Source: Beijerinckiaceae bacterium
GTDB lineage: Bacteria; Pseudomonadota; Alphaproteobacteria; Rhizobiales; Beijerinckiaceae
Direction of reading: 5' to 3'
Assembly: GCA_965249685.1 (NCBI GenBank)
Contig: CBDFMN010000002.1
Location: 8,511-72,510 of the forward strand
DNA: 64,000 nucleotides
Shown here in pieces: positions 59,641-64,000 of this stretch. How positions within the stretch are numbered: position 1 is the stretch's first letter; every line of letters begins with the position of its first letter. The notes beneath the pieces are model-generated. The model saw nothing but the letters and a program-made list of their open reading frames with translations, was not told the DNA's origin and did not search any database. The translations under genes were made by a program, and so were the position numbers.

Positions 59641-60708
59641 ATGACGTCGGCGATGCTTCGGTTCGGCTGGCCTCTCGCCCGCCCCTTCCTGCACGCGCTC
59701 GATCCCGAGCGGGCGCACGACTTGACGCTGGCGGCGCTCGCGCGCCTGCCGCTACCGACGCCCACACGCGACGACCCGCGCCTCGCCGTGGAGGTTTTCG
59801 GCCTTCGCTTCGCCAACCCGGTCGGCCTCGCCGCCGGCTTCGACAAGGATGGTGCCATCGCCCACCGCGCCGGCGCGCTCGGCTTCGGCTTCACCGAGAT
59901 CGGCACGCTCACCCCGCGCCCGCAGCAGGGCAATCCGCGCCCGCGCCTGTTCCGCCTGCCCGAGCACGGAGGCGTCATCAACCGCTTCGGCTTCAACAAT
60001 CGCGGTCACGCCCACGCGGCGGCGGCGCTGAAGGCGGCGACCTGCGTGCTCGGCGTCAACGTCGGCGCCAACAAGGACGCGGACGACCGCGTCGCCGACT
60101 ACGTGGCCGGCGTAAAAGCCTTCGCCGACCGCGCGGACTATTTCACGATCAACGTATCTTCTCCCAACACGCCGAACCTGCGCGACCTGCAGAAACCCGA
60201 CGCGCTCGACGACCTGCTCGCCCGCGTGCTCGCCGCGCGCGACGCGGCCACCCGCCACGTGCCCGTGCTGCTGAAGATCGCCCCCGACCTCTCGCTCGCC
60301 GACCTCGACGCGATCGTCCGCGTGGCGCGGGCACGCGGGATCGACGGCATGATCGTCTCCAACACGACGATCACGCGGCCGGACGCCTTGGCCCGCCACC
60401 GCGCCGGGCTGGAGGCCGGCGGCCTTTCCGGCCGTCCGCTCTTCGCCTTGTCGACGCGCATGCTGGCGGAGACGTTCCTGCGCGTGGAACGGCAGTTCCC
60501 GCTGGTCGGCGTCGGTGGCGTCGACGGGGCGGAAGCCGCCTGGGCGAAAATCGAGGCGGGCGCGAGCCTTGTGCAGATCTACTCCGCGCTGGTGTTTGGC
60601 GGGCCGGCGCTCGTGGGCGCGATCAAGCACGGGCTCCTGGCCAAGCTCGGCCCCGTTTCGCTCGCGCAGGCGATCGGCGGACGCGCCGCCGCCTGGAGCC
60701 AAGCCTGA
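59641..60708 (+). CDS. pyrD: Quinone-dependent dihydroorotate dehydrogenase
   Basis: [35 protein letters not shown]. Confidence 0.96.
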   Translation: MTSAMLRFGWPLARPFLHALDPERAHDLTLAALARLPLPTPTRDDPRLAVEVFGLRFANPVGLAAGFDKDGAIAHRAGALGFGFTEIGTLTPRPQQGNPRPRLFRLPEHGGVINRFGFNNRGHAHAAAALKAATCVLGVNVGANKDADDRVADYVAGVKAFADRADYFTINVSSPNTPNLRDLQKPDALDDLLARVLAARDAATRHVPVLLKIAPDLSLADLDAIVRVARARGIDGMIVSNTTITRPDALARHRAGLEAGGLSGRPLFALSTRMLAETFLRVERQFPLVGVGGVDGAEAAWAKIEAGASLVQIYSALVFGGPALVGAIKHGLLAKLGPVSLAQAIGGRAAAWSQA

Positions 60709-60714
60709 CCAAGC

Positions 60715-61065
60715 CTAACGCGGCGAGCGATAGCTGAGGAGACGACCGAGCAGCCACAGCGGCACGACGATCGCCCCGCCGGCAACGATATAGGTCCCGA
60801 ACTCGCGCACCCCGTCGATGCCGAGCGCCCAGACGCGTTCGGCGAGGTCGGAGACGATGCGGAAGACGTCGAGCGGCCGGATGTTGAGCCACATCAGCAA
60901 CACACCGACGAGCAGCGACACCACGGCAAGCTTGAGCAGCACGGCAAGCGGCGACCCGCCGAGGAAGCGGTGCAGCGAGCGGTCCGACCCGCGACGCCAT
61001 CGCGGCTCGGCCGCGCCCTGCGTCCACGACGGCGGGATCTGGTTTGGCGGGCGATCGTCGATCAT
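60715..61065 (-). CDS. DUF6460-type small membrane protein
   Basis: FLGGSPLAVLLKLAVVSLLVG ... GGAIVVPLWL. Confidence 0.8.
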   Translation of the reverse strand: MIDDRPPNQIPPSWTQGAAEPRWRRGSDRSLHRFLGGSPLAVLLKLAVVSLLVGVLLMWLNIRPLDVFRIVSDLAERVWALGIDGVREFGTYIVAGGAIVVPLWLLGRLLSYRSPR

Positions 61066-61227
61066 GGCGGGTCTCTTTGAGCCGAGCGGCGTCTTTTCCC
61101 TAGCATAGATCGGAAAAACGCCCGCGATAAGGAAGCCGACGGCGCGGCCCCGACAGGCCGCGCCTTCCCCCCAAACGGGTTTTGCGCTATGCGAGGGTCA
61201 TTCACCGCCGTCAGCCCGAAGGTCCGC

Positions 61228-62526
61228 ATGAACGTCCTGTCCGCCCTCTCGAGCCTCGTCTCGGATGACATCGTCGCCGGGCCGGGCCGCCGCCACACCA
61301 CCACGGCCGTCGTGGTCGGCGCCGGCGAGGGCGCCGTCACCGTCGGGGGGGGGGCGCCGATCGTCGTCCAAAGCATGACCAACACCGACACGGCCGACAT
61401 CCCCGGCACCGTGGCGCAGGTGGCGGCTTTGGCGCGGGCCGGCTCGGAGATGGTGCGTATCACCGTCGACCGCGACGAGGCCGCCGCCGCCGTCCCGCAC
61501 ATCCGCGACCGGCTCGCCAAGATCGGCTGCTTCGTGCCGCTGATCGGCGACTTCCACTACATCGGCCACAAGCTCCTGACCGACCACCCCGCCTGCGCGG
61601 AGGCGCTCGACAAGTACCGGATCAACCCCGGCAACGTCGGCTTCAAGGACAAGAAGGACCTGCAGTTCGGCACCATCATCGAGAAGGCCATCGAGCACGG
61701 CAAGGCGGTCCGTATCGGCGCCAATTGGGGTTCGCTCGACCAGGACCTCCTGACCAGCCTGATGGACGAGAACGCCAAGGCCGCCAACCCCAAGGATATG
61801 GGCGCGGTGACTCGCGAGGCGATGCTGCAGTCCGCCCTGTTGTCGGCCGGCCGCGCGGAGGAGATGGGGCTGCCGAAGGACCGCATCATCCTGTCGGCCA
61901 AAGTCTCCGCGGTGCAGCAGCTCGTGGCCGTCTACAAGATGCTGGCGCAGCGCTCGACCTATGCGATCCACCTCGGCCTGACCGAGGCCGGCATGGGCTC
62001 GAAAGGCATCGTCGCCTCCGCGGCCGCGCTCGGCGTGCTGCTGCAGGAGGGCATCGGCGATACGATCCGCGTGTCGCTGACGCCCGAGCCGGGTGGCGAC
62101 CGTACGGTGGAAGTCAAGGTCGCGCAGGAAATTCTGCAGACGATGGGCTTCCGCACCTTCGTGCCGCTCGTCGCCGCCTGCCCCGGTTGCGGCCGCACGA
62201 CCTCGACGGTGTTCCAGGAGCTCGCGCGCGACATCCAGGACCATATCCGCGACGAGATGCCGAACTGGAAGACGCGCTACCCCGGCGTCGAGCAGCTCAA
62301 CGTCGCGGTGATGGGCTGCATCGTCAACGGCCCCGGCGAGTCGAAGCACGCCGACATCGGCATCTCGCTGCCCGGCACCGGCGAGACGCCGGCCGCCCCC
62401 GTCTTCATCGACGGCAAGAAGGCGCTGACGCTGCGCGGCACCAACATCGCCGGCGACTTCAAGGGGCTGGTGGCCGACTATATCGAGCGCCGCTTCGGCA
62501 CGGGCGCGAAAAGCGCGGCGGAATAG
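61228..62526 (+). CDS. ispG: 4-hydroxy-3-methylbut-2-enyl diphosphate synthase
   Basis: [41 protein letters not shown]. Confidence 0.97.
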   Translation: MNVLSALSSLVSDDIVAGPGRRHTTTAVVVGAGEGAVTVGGGAPIVVQSMTNTDTADIPGTVAQVAALARAGSEMVRITVDRDEAAAAVPHIRDRLAKIGCFVPLIGDFHYIGHKLLTDHPACAEALDKYRINPGNVGFKDKKDLQFGTIIEKAIEHGKAVRIGANWGSLDQDLLTSLMDENAKAANPKDMGAVTREAMLQSALLSAGRAEEMGLPKDRIILSAKVSAVQQLVAVYKMLAQRSTYAIHLGLTEAGMGSKGIVASAAALGVLLQEGIGDTIRVSLTPEPGGDRTVEVKVAQEILQTMGFRTFVPLVAACPGCGRTTSTVFQELARDIQDHIRDEMPNWKTRYPGVEQLNVAVMGCIVNGPGESKHADIGISLPGTGETPAAPVFIDGKKALTLRGTNIAGDFKGLVADYIERRFGTGAKSAAE

Positions 62527-62534
62527 GCGCGCGC

Positions 62535-63239
62535 TTAGATCACACTGGCGGCGATGTTGATCGTCAACGCCAGGATCGCGCTGTTGAAGAAGAACGCCAG
62601 GATCGAGTGCACCAGCGAGGTGCGCCGGATCACCTTCGAGCCGATCGACACGTCCGCCGTCTGCGCGGCGACGCCGATGATGAAGGAGAAATAGACGAAG
62701 TCCCAGTAGTCGGGGCTCTCCGTGTCGGGAAAGTTGATGCCGCCGCGCAAGGCCGGCGTCTCGCCCTCCACCGCTTTCGTCTCGTCGAAATACTGGTGCG
62801 CGTAGTGCAGCGCGAAGGTGAGGTGAATGAACGTCCAGGCGCTGAGCACCGTTGCGCCGGCGAGGCCGAGGTGCAGCCCCTTGTCCAATCCCTTCAGGTC
62901 CTTGGTGGCGCCAAGCTCCGCAAAGATCGCCGCCATGGAGGCGATGGCCGCGATGCTCGCCAGGACGAGGATGAGGAACTGCCCCTCGTCCGTGATCTTG
63001 GCGCGCCAGCGGATCGCCCGCTCGTCCGAGGTCGCGATCATGGCGAGGTAGAGTGCGACGTAGAGCCAGGTGCCGATGTTCCAGGCGAGCAGCAGGCGCG
63101 TGACGAGCGGGAACGCCGCGGGCTCCAGGAGAAAACCGACGATCCCAGCGGCGAGGCTGACGAGCAGGCGCGGACGCCCGACGGCGAACCGACCCAGAGC
63201 CGTTTCGGGCCAGCCGTGACTCGGAAAGATGCGCATCAT
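62535..63239 (-). CDS. DUF1345 family membrane protein
   Basis: FALHYAHQYF, FPDTESPDYWDFVYFS, QTADV, FFFNSAILA. Confidence 0.88.
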   Translation of the reverse strand: MMRIFPSHGWPETALGRFAVGRPRLLVSLAAGIVGFLLEPAAFPLVTRLLLAWNIGTWLYVALYLAMIATSDERAIRWRAKITDEGQFLILVLASIAAIASMAAIFAELGATKDLKGLDKGLHLGLAGATVLSAWTFIHLTFALHYAHQYFDETKAVEGETPALRGGINFPDTESPDYWDFVYFSFIIGVAAQTADVSIGSKVIRRTSLVHSILAFFFNSAILALTINIAASVI

Positions 63240-63489
63240 GAGGGTCTCGGGTCCGGCGGTGCAGGGCGGGCGGCCGCATCCTTAAATTACTGGCCCAAGT
63301 TCCTCCATCCAAATCTATCTCTCACATTGTTGCTCCCCCTCGTTCCCTCAGGCGCGCCGATCCCGCGTTGGGCGGCACGGCACCAATCGAAGACGCTGGC
63401 CTAGGTCGCCGCGTCCTGAATGAACTCGGCCTGAGCGTTCTCGTATCTTAAGGTCGGGCAGACGAGTGAGCCCCCGTAATCCATAAAGA

Positions 63490-63798
63490 TCAGCTCACGA
63501 TGTCGATGCTGACCTCGACGTCGTGTTCCTCCTGTTGGCTGAATTCTTCACGACCCTGCACGATGTAGCTCTGAGCAGAACGAACGTACTCCCTCACGTC
63601 GTCCGGCGCAGCCTGAAGGTTGTGGATGCGGACGACGTAAGGCGGATCGACGGCGTTGATGCTGCCCCAGATCATGGAATCTACTAAACCATCGATGCTT
63701 TGGCCGTGCCAATCGGGAGCACCAATTTCTTTTAGGATCGCGTCGTAGAAGTCGAGGACGGTCGTCCACCTTGCGGCATCCCGATTGATATCAAGCAT
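63490..63798 (-). CDS. Barstar family RNase inhibitor
   Basis: GGAGG RBS before ATG 63798; DFYDAILKEIGAPDWHGQSIDGLVD; acidic. Confidence 0.85.
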   Translation of the reverse strand: MLDINRDAARWTTVLDFYDAILKEIGAPDWHGQSIDGLVDSMIWGSINAVDPPYVVRIHNLQAAPDDVREYVRSAQSYIVQGREEFSQQEEHDVEVSIDIVS

Positions 63799-63821
63799 AT
63801 TTGCCTCCGCAACAGCTTCTT

Positions 63822-63995
63822 TCACTTCACTCTCACATTGTAACTGTAGAAACTGAAGTAGTGATTAGTGGTGAAGAACATTTTCAGGTTGCCTCTATCG
63901 ATGATCAAGCGTCCATTGCCGCGTCCCCGTGCACCGAGTGGAATATCGAAAGCAACGTATCCGTCGATTGTTGGCGGCAGAACTGCCGATGGCAG
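63822..63995 (-). pseudogene. C-terminal fragment of a barnase/RNase Sa-like nuclease
   Basis: LPPTIDGYVAFDIPLGARGRGNGRLIIDRGNLKMFFTTNHYFSF; in-frame TGA at 63996-63998 directly upstream. Confidence 0.7.
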
Positions 63996-64000
63996 TCAGT

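Noticed and set aside
1-64000. CRISPR arrays, rRNA, IS elements or integrases
   Set aside because: No regularly spaced repeat array, rRNA signature, or transposase/recombinase motif was seen.

Overview
GC-rich alphaproteobacterial chromosome segment (Rhizobiales/Hyphomicrobiales-like, judged from gene content). Most of it is core genes: hpnO, rpmE, the cell-cycle genes rcdA/trcR/cpdR, hisN, asd, argH, cobQ/cobD, class I lysS, pyrD and ispG, plus tRNA-Val(GAC), tRNA-Thr(CGT) and an MmgR/alpha-r8-type sRNA. The main accessory system spans about 30.6-41.9 kb. It has a 2497-aa highly reducing type I PKS with no thioesterase (RkpA/WcbR-like), a PLP alpha-oxoamine synthase, a CDP-alcohol phosphotransferase and a GT4; by inference it makes a sphingolipid-like headgroup-bearing lipid. 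Other notable items: a DarT-like (DUF7002-type) gene coupled to a NUDIX hydrolase; an ftrA-ftrB-ftrD iron locus lacking the FtrC permease; a decayed island at tRNA-Thr with two degenerate att-like copies; two perfect sigma-EcfG promoters; a hemY gene with compensating micro-duplications; and a truncated barnase-like RNase plus barstar at the right edge. No CRISPR array, rRNA, integrase or transposase was seen. All family calls come from motif recognition by eye; no database searches were run.
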